From Octopus sinensis (taxonomy: Eukaryota): a stretch of 64,000 nt of DNA. Below are positions 12,701 through 25,948 of the stretch, piece after piece (the first letter of the stretch is position 1; each line of letters starts with the position of its first letter). Where the stretch lies: NCBI RefSeq assembly GCF_006345805.1, contig NC_042997.1:130572001-130636000 (forward strand), in the 5' to 3' direction. The position numbers were made by a program, and so were the translations under genes. The notes under the pieces were generated by a model. That model did no database searches, was not told where the DNA came from, and saw only the letters and a program-made list of their open reading frames with translations.

Positions 12701-15700
12701 TCTGATATAAAGAGCAACCCTTGGACGCATACCACTAGTGTGTCTTACAACATGCCTTGAAACATTCAGCATGTTTTAAGACATAAGTCACTCCAATATA
12801 TTTCTCTTTTATCTTCATGCACCATTCCTCCATCTTGAACTTGAAAGTTGTTCAGTTAGTTCACTTCTGAAAATCAGGTGGGTGACTATATAACACTTTG
12901 TTAGAGTGGCTTAGTGGTCAGGGCATTTGGCTCACGATGGTAAGGTCGTGAGCTCAATTCCCAGCAACGTGTTGTGTTCTTGGGCAAGACACTTTATTTC
13001 ATGTTGCTGCAGTCCACTCAGCTGGCAAAAATGAGTTGTACCTGTATTTCAAAGGGCCGGCCTTGTCACACTCTGTATCATGCTGAATCTCCCTGAGAAC
13101 TACATTAGGGGTACATGTGTCTGTGGATTGCTTAGTCACTTGCACATTAATTTCATGAGCAAGCTGTTCCATTGATCGTATCAGCTGGGACCCTTGTCGT
13201 CGTAACCGACGGAGTGCTCCATGTCAGAGTACTTTCTAGTAGACTACCTGTAAGTATGTGTTTAACCCAGGCAAGTGTATGAAGCTGTTTATCAGCAGTC
13301 ATATACATTGTTGCAGAATGGTTGACATATCAGTAAACCTAGTTTGAGGATAAAATATTTAAATTATGCCTCCCTGCTGATGATGATTGTGCATGCGCAT
13401 AAGGGGCTTCCACCAGATCTCCGGAAAGCTCTAATTCTATGCGCATGCATGGGTGAATGTTCCACAATGGCGTCTAGAACCAGGCTTCACTACACATGAG
13501 TTTCAAGGAAAAGAATCAAAAATTATTTAAAATTGCATTGGAAATATGTGACTGCAGGCTGGGGAGATGTGTTGAATCACAAGTCTGAACAGGAATAAAA
13601 CTGATGTTCTAGAACAGTGGTCAGCAATTGTTAGATGATTGAAGTGCTCTTTGTATTCTTTTCAAAAATTTTATCCAGTTAAAGGAATTTAGAGTCATTG
13701 AGTAGTTGCTAGCTTTTAGACAATATTTTGTGTTATGATTTGTTAGAACTTTTGCTTACATATACATTGCTAGTGATGGAAAAGGTGGGGGATATATGGG
13801 GATATTGTTATATGTAGAATGTGTAACAAGGATGAAGGTCTCTGGAACACTTGAGAGGTGCCGGTTTTATCTTGTTACATTAAATTGTTTGTCGAATAGA
13901 AAACCAAGACTTCGAATATCTTTAGCAGCAATAAATAATATTTATTTTTCTGGATTCGCAATAATATATATACATATATTTCCTTCAAACCGGTAGGCGA
14001 GGGCCATGAAACTAGTCACATTAGTTAACTTATGTGAGCCAAATGCTGTCTCGTTCCAGTGTAGAAGGGCTTCTCTACGTATTGATTTGCTTGGGCGAAC
14101 TTTGTGTCATGTCCATTCAATTCGGCTGCAGCTTCGAAAGGGACTGATCCTGTGGGAAATCTTTCTGTTGGTAGTTCTCTGCGCATGCGCATGAGGAAAT
14201 TTCCGGCGGCCTACCGGAAGTAATCCAACTCTGCGCATGCATGCTGAAGACTTCCAAAATGGCGTCACTACAAATGTGATATAACATATATACAGGCCAT
14301 TGGCAAATGATAAAAAAAAGACCAAACAAATCAAAAGTGCATCATTACTAAAAGAAGTTGTTGATCCCTGTGCTAGAACAGCATATCAATCTTTATAACA
14401 CCATGTCATTAAATAGTGTCTATAATATTGATTTCTAATTTAGGCACAAGGCCAGTAATTTTGAGGAAGAGGGTAAGTTAATTGCATCAACTCTAGTGTT
14501 CAACTGGTACTTATTTTTGTATCCTCCTCAAAAGGATGAAAGGCAAAGTCGACCTCGGTGGAATTTGAACTCAGAACATGAAGAGGGAGAAAGTGACACT
14601 ATGCATTTTGCCTGTAATGCTAACAATTCTGTCAGCTCATCACTAACAGTGTCTATAATATTACAAATGAGACTGATTGGAGAGTTGGGAGAATCGCTAG
14701 CATGCTAGGCAAAATGCTTAGCGGTATTTCATCGTATTGGCGGCGAGCTGGCAGAAACGTTTGCACGCCAGGTGAAATGCGTAGCCGTATTTCGTCTGCC
14801 GTTACATTCTGAGTTCAAATTCCGCCGAGGTCGACTTTGCCTTTCATCCTTTCGGGGTCGATTAAATAAGTACCAGTTACGCACTGGGGTCGATATAATC
14901 GACTTAATCCATTTGTCTGTCTTCGTTTGTCCTTTCTGTGTTTAGCCCTTTGTGGTTAGTAAAGAAATAGGTATTTCATCTGTCTTTATTCCCTGGGTTC
15001 AAATTCTGCCGAGGTTAACTTTGCCTTTCATCCTTTTGGGGTCAATAAAATAAGGACCAGTTGAGAACTGGGGTCAATATAACTGACTTTCTTGCCCCTG
15101 AATTTGCTGGGCTTTTGCCAAAATTTGAAACAAATATTACAAATGAGACAAAGAGACAGAAAATCATACCAGAGCTTTTTAATGCTGTTTATAATATTCC
15201 ATATCATAGATAATATTGGGTCATCATTTATGGATAATTTTGAACCTTTAATAATATGTTTGTCCAAATGTTTTTAGTTACGTTTGTTTTTATATTATAG
15301 TTGCATGTAGTAGAAATTCAAGTTTTCTTTTTTTAATGCCTGTATGTGGTTGCATGTGTAAGTGTGTATAATAGTTGATCATCAATAAGTTATATTTTAG
15401 TAAGAGCTTGTTCTAGTTTTAACGTTCATTGCTTTGATAACAAATTCAAACTAGTTTATAATTCAGAAATACTGAATTTTGGTGGGTAAAAATATTAAAA
15501 AAAAAAGAAAGAACTATGACACAAAATAAATTAGTTAAGATTCTGTATTGGTTCAAATCTACGACAGATGTACCTCCTTGATGCTGCTTGATCCACATCA
15601 AGTGAAATAGATTTAGAGAGGAAATATGCTAAGAGGAAATATGCCTCTCATCAGGCAGTTTAAAAAAAAAATCTTTTCATAAACCCAACTCATGACACCA

Positions 15701-18700
15701 CCAATTGTTAAGGTTTTCCATAATCCATCACAGCATAAAGGAAGGAAAAAGTAAACAAAATATGTTTTAGTCAAATGAAAGAGTAAAACATGGAGATGGT
15801 TCAAAGTAGGAAGGGTGGGGTGCTCTTAAGAATAGAAGATTCCGTAATTAAAATGGCTTTAGAAACCTACCTGATTTATGTGTGTATATGTGGTGGTAGT
15901 TTTAGAAGTGACTGCAATACTCAGTAGCTGACAGGATCAGGGAAAATAATAGCTTATATGATGTGTTTGTAGCGTGTTAGTAAGTCTTTGTCACTAAAGA
16001 TAGATCCCGAGTGAAATAGGAAAAAGGAGATGACTGATGAATTCAGTGTGTCTATGAATGAGGAAGGCTCAATAGATTAAATTAGATTAATTAGATCAAT
16101 TAAATTAGAGGTAAATGTGAAGCTTTTAATACATGATGATGCTGAATACTATATCATGGTAGAAGAGTTGACTAAGAATCTTGAACTCATAGAAGAATCA
16201 GAGGACAAAGACAACAGGAAGAATTACTGTAAGTCTGTCCAAATCTTAACAACATAGTAGAACAGTCAAGCCATTCATGCTAATGTTGTTGATGGTGGTG
16301 CTCTGATTAAGCACAACCTATGATTGAATGTTTTCCATCTGTGACCATCCCATCTTTTACTCAGAATTAGTGTAGATTAGATTACATTATCCTGTTTTTG
16401 TTTTCTCGAAATGGTTGGATGTAATGAGGGAGATTTGGCTGCTATGGTGTATGGTGGTGATGGTAATCATGTTACTGATAATAGGATAGAATGAGATGAC
16501 TGGGTGTGGCTATTTGGACACGGGTGATTTGGCATGGCTGACAAGATATTCAATCTGTTTTGGCAACTGTACATTTTGGCACTGGAGGCAAACACACATG
16601 TGCAAAGAAATATACTCATCACTCTCTGTCTGTCTGTCAGTCTGTCTCTTATACACACACACACACACACACATGTGAGAGTGAGAGACAATATAATTTA
16701 TTAATAATTGAACCTGATCAACATCAATATTCTCGCTAATCATCGTATACATATATGAAGTGCAGCAGAAAGTTAAATGAAGTTTAATAGTTTTGATAAC
16801 TAGAATAAAAAATAAATTTTTACAGTGCCCAAAAGGTCCTAGAGAACAAAGCATTTGATGACAAATAAGTCAATGTCAAATCAGCCGTGCCAAAACAGCT
16901 GTGGCAAAATATCTGATACCCGTAATAGGAATGGTAACTTAAAAAAGAACCGTTTTAATGAATCTTGTTTATACAAAGAAATGTTTGTTCAATTAGGTAG
17001 AATATTTCAGAATTATTTAGAGTACATATGTCTCATCTGATAAATATTGGAAATTTCTTATTTTAAGTATTTCTTATTTTAACCACTGATAACCCCCTCT
17101 CAAGAACTGAATTCTCAACTCACATGCAGTTCTAGATATTATTCTTATAGATTTCTTTCTGATCCTTATTTTTTATTCCCCTAGAGGTCACAGATAGAAT
17201 GGTACGTAGTAGTACTGTGTTCTATGTTCTACTGGCTATATTTATTGTGGCCATTGTTGCTGTTGGAGTCTGGATTTACTTCAGAAAGTTTCGGCGCAGG
17301 GAATCACCGTGAGTTGGCAGCAATTTATTTTGGCTTTTTTTTTCTGCTATATTACTAATAGATTCGAGTTTAGCTTTACCATCATCATCATCATCATCAT
17401 CATCATTAGTAAACTAGACATTAGTATGGCTTCATCTCAGAGGTCAAGCTATACTAACGATAATTTAACCCAATCAGTTAGCTAACAGACTCCTGGATGA
17501 GAGATATCAGTGTGGCCTTATTAGTGACATAGTGGTCAGTTGATTAAGAGAGAAGCCTGTTGATATAGTTGATCCTGGGGGAGGTTTAGGGACATTGTTG
17601 TTGCCTGAGTAAGAGTGTGTCAGTTATATGGTAGTCACATGACTAAGAAAGGGGTCAGTTACACAGTGGTGTCTTGAGTAAAAGTAGGGTGGAAAGTGAT
17701 GAGATATTCATCTGAAATAGAAATATCCAAGTTGAATAGAAAGAGTCACACTTATCCTAAATTAGTGTTTTTCAGAAGAGAATCAGAGGATTGAACCCTC
17801 TATGTCACCTGCTCTGATAGATCAGGGAATCCTACACAACTTTTACTGCAAACAACAACTCTATCATCATCATCATCATCATTGTTATTATCAACATTAG
17901 CATTCTCTTCCTGTTCCTGCTCTACCATCATTGTCATTCTCTTTACCATCATTCTCATCACCATCAACATGCTCATTCTAAACATCCTCTTCCCCACCTC
18001 TACCACCACCACCACCACCACCACCACCACCAAAACCACCACCACCACCACCACAACCACCACCAAAACCACCACCTACACCAAAACCACCACCACCAAA
18101 ACCACCAGCACCACTAAAACCACCACCACTGCCGCTGCTGCCGCCACCACCACCACCACCACCATGCTCATCTTCATCTTAAACCATCAGTTGCTTTATA
18201 CATTAACTCTAAATTCAGTACACAAGAGAAAATACAGAATAAGATTCTATATATTCTAGAATAACTGATATTTTGATAAGGAAATCATATGATAATGTGC
18301 TGCATTAAAATACTGTATATTTGCATTGAGGCTATTTGAATGCACGTGTGTGTGTGCATGTGTGTGCATGTCTGTATTTGACCAGCTTTTTTAATGATAC
18401 TCTATAATTCCTTGCAGAACTCTAAACTCTGAACATAATGACTGGAATACAATACAACAAACAACTAATCCTGCTTACAGTCCAACACTTATCCGAAGAC
18501 CTCCTCCACCCATTCCAATTGAAGGTAGGAACTTTTCTAATTTCTTGTTCAATCCATGATAAAGATCATAATTTAACGTCTGTTTTCTTTGCTGGCATGG
18601 GTTAGATGGTTTGACAGGAGCTAGCAAGCTGAAGGCCTGCACCAGGCTCCAGTCATGTTTTGATATGGTGTCTATGCCAACCACATTACAGAGTATACTG

Positions 18701-21617
18701 GGTACTTTCTACATGACGCTGGCATGGGTGCCTTCATACACGGTGTCAGCATGGGTACTTTTTTATGTGGGTTCTATACAGTTGCTTTTCCATGTGGCTC
18801 CAGCGTGGGTGTCCTGAACACAACACTGGCATGATGCCAGCACAGGTGCATTTTACATGGCACCAGCATGGGTGCTTTTTACATGGTGTCAAAACAGGTG
18901 CTTTTTATATGGCACCAATACTTGTGGGATGTGGATGCACATGGCTTAGTGGTTAGGGTGTTGGATTCATGATCGTAAGATTGTGGTTTTGATTCCTGGA
19001 CTGGGTATGCATTGTGTTCTTGTGTAAAACACTTCATTTCACATTGCTCCAGTCCACTCACCTGGCAAAAATGAGTAATCCTGCAATGGACTGGCGTCCT
19101 GTCCAGGTGTGGAATATATTCACCATGAAACCAGGAAACTGGCCCTTATGAGTCAGCAAGACTCAAGAAGGTAACTTTACCTGTACTTTAATCCCTATGA
19201 GATCACTAAGTGGCTTGCAAGACAAGGACATCTCAGCTGAAGAAGGGAGAGAAACTGAGAGAAGTGGCCATGTGTCAGGTGAAAAGTTGGAATATGACAG
19301 AGGTTCAGGGATAGTTGTCTTTCAACTGAAGAGATTAAGAGATTAAGTAGCTATGATTAATGTAAGGCACAGAACTGTATCTATTTTAGTGGTTAGGGTT
19401 TTTGGACACACAATCTTAAGGTACTGATTTTGATTCCTAGACTAGGTGGCATACTGTTCTTGAGCAAAACACTTCATTTTATGTTGCTCCAGGTCACTCA
19501 GCAGAAAATGAGTACCAGTAATAGCTGGAAGTTAACCCTGCAATGGACTGGTATCTCCATTCAGGAGAGAGTACTGTACTCTTGGTTGTTCATATGCCAT
19601 ACAAACAGGGATAAACTGTAACCGAAAGAGTCTGTAGGATTGTAGCAAACTTAAGACCTAAGTTTCTATGGCTTTTGGTTTTGTCTGATGTACAATAGAT
19701 GCCAGGAATGTGTCTCTTCATGATTATATATCTAATCTGAAATCTCGATTCACAGTTTTATTCTTTGTCATGCTATTGTTGTTTGATTCCAGGTCAACTT
19801 AGTCCAGCAGAAGTATGATTAAAGGTATCTTAGCCTTGGCCATTGCGTTTTCATTAGGATATAATGTATTTAGAACTGCATTAGCTAACGTGTCTCATTT
19901 TAAAGAAAATAATGTATGATCAGGGGAATATTTCATGTTATTTCTGTCTGAGTGATTATATAGAGGTTCAGAGATATTAATTGTTAATACAGATAGTCTG
20001 AAGATGATACTGTTTATTAGTACAGACAGGTACTATTTGTTGACTGATGAATGTACTGTTTGATACCTCAGACAGATCAAGGTACTGTTTGTTAATACAC
20101 ATAAACTGTTGTACTATTTTATTTTATACATGTAAACTGAGATAAGCTATTTGTTAAGATAGACATGCATAATTACTAAACGGTGCACTAGTGATGGATC
20201 TGTCTTAGCATGCGGCTGGCAGTGAGTACATGATATTGACAAAGTCCAATGCAGTAAAAATATACATATAATGAAATTATTGTATACAGTGCTCAGGTGC
20301 ACCACAATTTGTCAAAAGTGCGTATAAAGCATATGCAGTAGTGTACAAATGTCTGGGAAATGAACAGTGTATGAGTCAGATACATGCTTACGTGTGTATG
20401 GAGGGGAGAAAACCAGGTGTAGTGTTGGCAAATCTCAGGAAGCATGGAAGTTTTGAAGGATGGAGTGCTCCGACAACTAACACCTGATGCCGGCAGTTTG
20501 TTCCATATGTCAGCAACTCTTAGCGTGAAAAAATGTTTCCGAAAGTCATGGGAGCTGTGCTGTTTTCTGACTTTGTAAATATGTCCACGGGTGTTAGACA
20601 GGTGGAGTTTGAAAAGGTGCTCAGAGTTATTGTTTGTAAGATGGTTAATAATTTTATGGGTGTCTGCCAAGTCAGCTGCCAGATGTCAGAGTTTCAATGT
20701 ATCCATGCCCAGGGAAGTAAGGCGTTCAGAATATGGCAAATGTCTGATGGAGGGTATTCTCTTGGTTGCACGTCGCTGAACAGCTTCCAGACGATTAATA
20801 TCCTGGGCAAGATAGGGGTTCCAGACCGGTGATGCAAATTCCAGGTGAGGTTTTAACTGCTGTTGTTAAATGACTTTGGTCTGCTGCTCTTTCAGTTTTG
20901 TGTTCTTAAAGAAAAGGATTTAAAAAATGTTTTTTCTGTTTGATTCAAAAATTGTTTTCCAAAGTTTTTCTCAAACATCTTATGCCATCCTTTGTCTTTC
21001 TCTACTTTTTCTCAGACAATCATTATGCAGAACTTTCAGATGTGGTACCAAATTACATGAAACATTCTCCAAAAGCAGCAAACTGTGAGAAATTTGAATA
21101 CCCCTTAGAAATCAAAATATTTGAGGATGATCCACCTAGTTCCATTGGCAAAATCAGTCCCCTTACCAAAAATTGGTCATGGATTAATGAAGAACCTGAA
21201 AAGGAGAGTAAAGATACACCTCAATTTAAGCTCCAAGATGGTGTCTCTAACAGAGCTTATGATGCTGGTGATTATATGGTGCCTGTCAGCGAACGGTCTG
21301 GAGAATCAACGGCAGATGAAAAAGAAGATGATGATACAGAAGTTCATTATGAGTATGAGAGCCAGCCACAATATCTTGAACTTGACGACTCTGGTAACAA
21401 ATCAAAAGTTCCAGCTGAATTAAAGCCGACACTTCCTAAATTAGATGATGACTTGCCTCCACCATCACCACCTGCTCTACCACCTCCACCCCCACATGAA
21501 CTCAGACCCCTTCAACCCTCCCCTGTAGCACGACCAAGAGGGAGGCCAGCAGCTCAAAGTGCAATGTTATCACAAAGAAAACTTCCACCTTTGCCAACAC
21601 GACGTAAACGCCATTGA
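895..21617 (+). CDS. Gene 1 (5'-partial): EGF-repeat/SEA-domain single-pass membrane protein; join(895..1125,4968..5099,8939..9027,10274..10338,11246..11427,17185..17308,18418..18524,21016..21617), ~510 aa visible
   Basis: All 8 exons have AG/GT boundaries. Phases chain 1-1-1-0-2-1-2-1 into one open frame ending at TGA 21615-21617. The translation shows EGF cysteine spacing, a SEA-like segment, a 24-aa hydrophobic helix followed by RKFRRR, and a long low-complexity tail. The N-terminus lies upstream of the window. Confidence 0.88.
3355..3754 (+). mobile_element. tRNA-derived SINE (family with GGCGCAATGGCCCAGTGG head); related copies at ~12900-13220, 18940-19170, 29480-29715(-), 34430-34870(-), 54170-54350(-), 60405-60660
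   Basis: A box TGGCCCAGTGG, B box GTTTCGATTCC, (CTC)n tail, 9-bp TSD aaagggaac at 3346-3354 and 3755-3763. Confidence 0.85.
4968..5099 (+). CDS. Gene 1 exon: EGF ([36 protein letters not shown])
   Basis: ttttgcag acceptor, gtaagc donor, phase 1-1; not in the ORF track. Confidence 0.92.
5800..6235. repeat. long imperfect (TA)n microsatellite (others ~21660-22040, 23615-23710, 24810-24890, 25880-25945)
   Basis: Direct reading. Confidence 0.95.
6337..6371 (-). ncRNA. candidate minimal hammerhead ribozyme, canonical core
   Basis: GTTT-CTGACGA-A-GAG-ctcca-CTT-GAA-ACGT-T-AAAC. Confidence 0.55.
7497..7891 (+). mobile_element. tRNA-derived SINE with internal (TA/TG)n (GGCGCAGGAGTGGCTGTGTGG head); copies at ~2070-2480(-), 5135-5620, 28331-29020, 41370-41795, 44938-45275, 48090-48260(-), 55850-56240
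   Basis: Repeated ~400-bp sequence with A/B-box-like head, central microsatellite and (GTAAAAGA)n-like tail. Confidence 0.85.
8939..9027 (+). CDS. Gene 1 exon: SEA-like domain start ([30 protein letters not shown])
   Basis: tattgcag acceptor, gtaaac donor, phase 1-0; S..F...FE..L pattern typical of SEA helix 1. Confidence 0.82.
9436..9670 (+). mobile_element. ~235-bp SINE-like element (AAGGCGGCGAGCTGGCAGAA head); copies at ~11805-12036(-), 14738-14970, 32770-33110(-), 33716-34245, 53050-53290(-), 60730-61170, 63322-63730
   Basis: 15-bp TSD tatagtacatccaca at 9421-9435 and 9671-9685; B-box-like GAGTTCAAATTC; many near-identical copies. Confidence 0.85.
10274..10338 (+). CDS. Gene 1 exon: SEA-like middle ([22 protein letters not shown])
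   Basis: ttttttcag acceptor, gtatgt donor, phase 0-2. Confidence 0.8.
10430..11125 (+). mobile_element. 5'-truncated RTE LINE 3' UTR with internal ~65-bp minisatellite and (GAT)n tail; similar copies at ~240-840, 8107-8585, 31270-31640, 32010-32245(-), 35780-36190(-), 37410-37930(-), 54520-54960(-), 58170-58405
   Basis: Same terminal sequence (TTAGGAAGGGCATCCAGCTGTAGAA...CATGCTAGCATGGAAAGCGGACGTTAAACGATGAT) as follows the RTE ORF2 stop at 56255-56720. Confidence 0.7.
10854..11018. mobile_element. hAT-like MITE (165 bp)
   Basis: 29-bp TIRs GGCG(TAA/ATC)CTTCGGTATAAGTACCGGAAGT; 8-bp TSD acactgcc at 10846-10853 and 11019-11026. Confidence 0.85.
11246..11427 (+). CDS. Gene 1 exon: SEA-like C-terminal part ([16 protein letters not shown]...[14 protein letters not shown])
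   Basis: ttttcag acceptor, gtaata donor, phase 2-1. Confidence 0.82.
13924..14264 (+). promoter_or_regulatory. duplicated intronic segment ending in an NRF1/ETS/YY1-like motif cassette (other copies 12330-12645 and ~13389-13475)
   Basis: TGCGCATGCGCA 14180-14191, CCGGAAGT 14214-14221, TGCGCATGCATG 14232-14243, CAAAATGGCG 14255-14264; function not shown. Confidence 0.4.
17185..17308 (+). CDS. Gene 1 exon: transmembrane helix ([24 protein letters not shown]) plus stop-transfer RKFRRR
   Basis: ttcccctag acceptor, gtgagt donor, phase 1-2. Confidence 0.9.
18418..18524 (+). CDS. Gene 1 exon: juxtamembrane cytoplasmic segment with NPAY and RRPPPPIP
   Basis: ccttgcag acceptor, gtagga donor, phase 2-1. 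Confidence 0.85.
20290..20885 (-). mobile_element. CR1/L2-type LINE ORF2 3' remnant (related fragment at ~9710-9875 +)
   Basis: [37 protein letters not shown] and [22 protein letters not shown] motifs, frameshifted. Confidence 0.85.
21016..21617 (+). CDS. Gene 1 terminal exon: acidic, Tyr- and Pro-rich cytoplasmic tail ending [13 protein letters not shown]
   Basis: tttttctcag acceptor, phase 1; matches ORF 20940..21617; AATAAA at 21673-21678. Confidence 0.9.
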
Positions 21618-21850
21618 TCTATTTGGCTGCTTATTGACATCAAAAATAATTATGCACACACACATATATATAAATAAATATATATGTATATATATATGTG
21701 TGTGTGCATGTATATATGTATATATATGTATGTATATATGTATATATATGTATGTATATATGTATATGTAAATATATATGTATGTATATGTATATGTAAA
21801 TATATATGTATGTATATGTATATATGTATATATATGTATGTATATATATC

Positions 21851-21910
<60 letters not shown>

Positions 21911-21912
21911 AT

Positions 21913-21950
<38 letters not shown>

Positions 21951-21992
21951 GATGTATGTATATATACAGATGTATGTATATATATATATATC

Positions 21993-22044
<52 letters not shown>

Positions 22045-22516
22045 ATAAGATGAAAGAATAGAGAGGTTAATTAATAAGTTATTATTTATTAATTCAAAGA
22101 TTGATAAACATCCCTTACACCTGTTTCAATTCCAGACCTTCAGAAAATTAACTGAATTAAAAATTATTTGAAAATCGAATCTCTTCAGAGGTCGACTTTC
22201 AAATAATTTTTAATTTAATTAATTAATTTTCTGAAGGTCTTGAATTGAAACAGCTGTAAGAGATGTTTGTCAATTTTTATTAATAAATTAATAAAAAATA
22301 ATAAACAATTAATAGATAATGATTTATTAATTACCTCCCTATTTCATCAGCTTATTATTATAATAAATAAATATATATAAACTACGGTTTATATAGTTAC
22401 CTTGCTGTTGAGTATTAAATGTAATGTTGAATATTCTTTGTATAGGTAACTAACCAGCACTTGCTTAGGATTTTGCTATTCCTGAATGAGGATTGTAACC
22501 TTTAATTGTGCTTATG

Positions 22517-22557
<41 letters not shown>

Positions 22558-23643
22558 GTCTGTGTGCATGTGTGTGTGTGTGTTTACAATAACAAAGGAT
22601 AAAATTTTAAAAAAAAATTTGTCAGTGGCCCGCATATAAAGGTGAAATTATATATATAATTATAATTAAGGGCATAGAAAGAAATTTATCTAGATTATAT
22701 GGTGAAAATAGATGCTAAATCATATCTCCACTTAAAAAGTCACAAATTTACATATGTGCTGAAATCGAAGCAACAAGCTAACAGAAGTTAATAACCATAT
22801 AGATAGCCTTGGATTAGCTAATTTTTGGATTTGCCCAATGATATTCCTTCTTCAGCAGGACACACATACAGGAAATAAATGAGATATTTAGCATCTATTT
22901 TCAGCCTATTGGGTAGAAAAATTGTTTTTCTATGCCCTTACTTATAATTATATATATATGTGTGTATATTATATACATGTATGTATGTGTATATATGTAT
23001 ATAATTGAAGAAATTGGAGTTAACAAGAAGGGGTACTGTTGGATATTTATTTTTTAATCACTACAATTGTTTCAATGCAGTGTAGTTCTCCAGGTGTGCA
23101 GGTACTTGATTATGCAATTATTTCCCTGCATTATGAGATCTAGTTGTGTTTCCTCAGGCAATATGTAAATCCCGCTGCATCTACACATTCAAAGCAGTCC
23201 GCCAATGGCCCTTCAGCAACAAAACATCCTGATAAGCTAAGTGATAAGCTATGGATGTTCTTGAAGCTGAGGATTTTAAACTTATGGAGACAATATTTAC
23301 ATATTGCCTGAGGAAACACAACTAGATCTCATAATGCAGAGAAAGAGTTGCATAATGAAGTACCTGCATACCTGGAGAACTACATTGCTCAAAACAATTG
23401 TAGTAATTAAAAATAAATGTCCAACCTTACTCCTTGTTGACTCTAATTTCTTCAGTTACCTATTCACACACAACAGATGTCCAAAAGCAAACCTGGAAGT
23501 ATATATAATGCACAGGATAAATAAATTAAAGGTTACACAGGATAGCACAAGATAAATCTGAAGGTGGACAAGCTCTATACTGTACTCTACTCAGTTCTTT
23601 ACAGAACATACTGTTTTATATATATATATATTATATATATATA

Positions 23644-23694
<51 letters not shown>

Positions 23695-24809
23695 GTATAC
23701 ATATATATATAAATGCTGCATATATTATGAAAGAGAACTTCATCCTAACCACAACAATAATGTACCACAAATGATCAACTGTAAAATTACTGACTTCTTT
23801 GTTTACATATTCCAGAGGTTTTCTCTAGAAATGTATTTACATTAAAAAAAAAAAAGAAAAGAAAAAAAAGCAATATTTGGCAATAATATTGTCCATAATA
23901 TAAACTTAACTATAATATTTGAACATAATATAAATAACTCATTTTAAATGTTTTAAAATATATATAAAGTGTAACATAAGTTTGTGAAATGAAACCTGTA
24001 TGTGTAAGAGGAGTGGAAGACAGAGACTGTGTCATAAATATATATGGTTATCTATGTACATTTACAAATACATACACACACACATATACATATACATTCA
24101 TACATTAAACAACATACAAGATAAATTCTTGATTGCTTGAAATTATCTCCAGTTCCAAAGAGGGCAAACCAATTACTTAGTGGCAATTGGAACCAACTCC
24201 AATTGAGAAGGGGAAATAATCTCGAGAATGAAAAATTCTCCACAACTGATATACTATTTATGAAAAGACAATCTGATTGTCTTAAGTGAAGATGGTAGCT
24301 GTGGACACATATTTCTGACTCAAAAGATATCCCCAGTACACCTTTATCTCTCTCTGTTATTCAAATGTGTGCCATTTTTTACTTATTTATGCAAATTACT
24401 TAGGCCATAAATGTGTCCTACTTTTTTGTATGTGTGTGAAGTAAAAATAAGGTAGGACAATTGCTGTGCTGATGATGCCTATTGAGGCAGAAACACTCAC
24501 ATAGCTATCCTTTGTCTCAGTTATCTTATCCTTAATAGCATGTCTGTTGTGGAGAACTTTCGATTCTTGAGATTATCTGCTCTTCTTGTTTGGAGATTTG
24601 GAGTTGCTATCAGCTGCCAATAAGTGATCTGTCTATTTTCTCTGAAAGCTGAGATAATTTCAATAAATCAACAATTTATCTTGAATACTTTTTTTTTATA
24701 TATGTATAACCTTCATCTTTGTTGATTAATGAGAGAGAAAAATATAAATACATCCACGCTCACATGCGCATGATATAAATATTATATGCATACATTATAC
24801 ACACACACA

Positions 24810-24902
<93 letters not shown>

Positions 24903-25609
24903 GGCATCCTTTATGTCTCAGGAGACAATGGAGTTGTGCATAAAATAATCTAATCCGGCTTTTACATTTGATGTTCTAATACATCTCCTGCTGTGGGTAT
25001 GTAGTCGTATCCTGGACAAACACACCCTCTGGCAGGTGCCACAAATGTAGCGAAGACTTTGCCTGGCTGGTTGTAATGTCATAGTTTCTTGTTGACATCT
25101 TTTCTTGTCTTTCCATTTATATATATATATATTCTCACACATCTACCTTACTACAAATATTTGATCTGCACACCCCCATCTACTCCTAAAACCACGCTGC
25201 TCCTCCCTTAGTACACTGTCATATATATATATATGGTTGGCCTGGGGCTATAGTAAAAGGCACTTGTCCAAGGTACCACTCTGCAGGACTGAACCCAAAA
25301 CCACATGAAACAGGATGATTATTTCCCTCCCAGTGGTATTACAATATTCTGGACATTATCCCTAAATCCCCACAGTATACATGCTTATATATATGTACAT
25401 ATTGATGTGTAGTTGAGAATTCTTCCCAACCACGTGATTTCAGTTTCAGTCCCAATGTCTAGTATCTTGAGCAAGTCTTTTCTACTACAGCCCTAGGCTA
25501 ACCAAATCCACTTGTGAGTAGATTTGGTTGGTGGAAACTGAAAGAAACCTATTTTATGTGTGTGTGTGTGGTGTGTGTGTGTGTGTGTGCATGTTTGTAT
25601 GTATGTATG

Positions 25610-25648
<39 letters not shown>

Positions 25649-25889
25649 ATGTATGTATGTATGTATGTATGTATGGTGTGTGTATTTAAAAATTGATATA
25701 CTGCAAGTGGTAATTTTATTGTCATTTCTCTTGTCAACAAATTGCCCAGTAGCTTCATGCCTATGAAGATATCCCTTGCAAGTCAAGGTTTATGATAGGA
25801 AGGGTGTGTGGCTGTAAAATAGTACCTTGATAATATAGTCATCTAACTCATGCTAGGAGGGGAAAATGAACGTAAAAATTATATAATAT

Positions 25890-25948
<59 letters not shown>

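Noticed and set aside
17882-18259. Thr-rich mucin-like ORF as part of gene 1
   Set aside because: It derives from (ACC)n/(ATC)n microsatellite, lies downstream of the TM exon and has no fitting splice sites.
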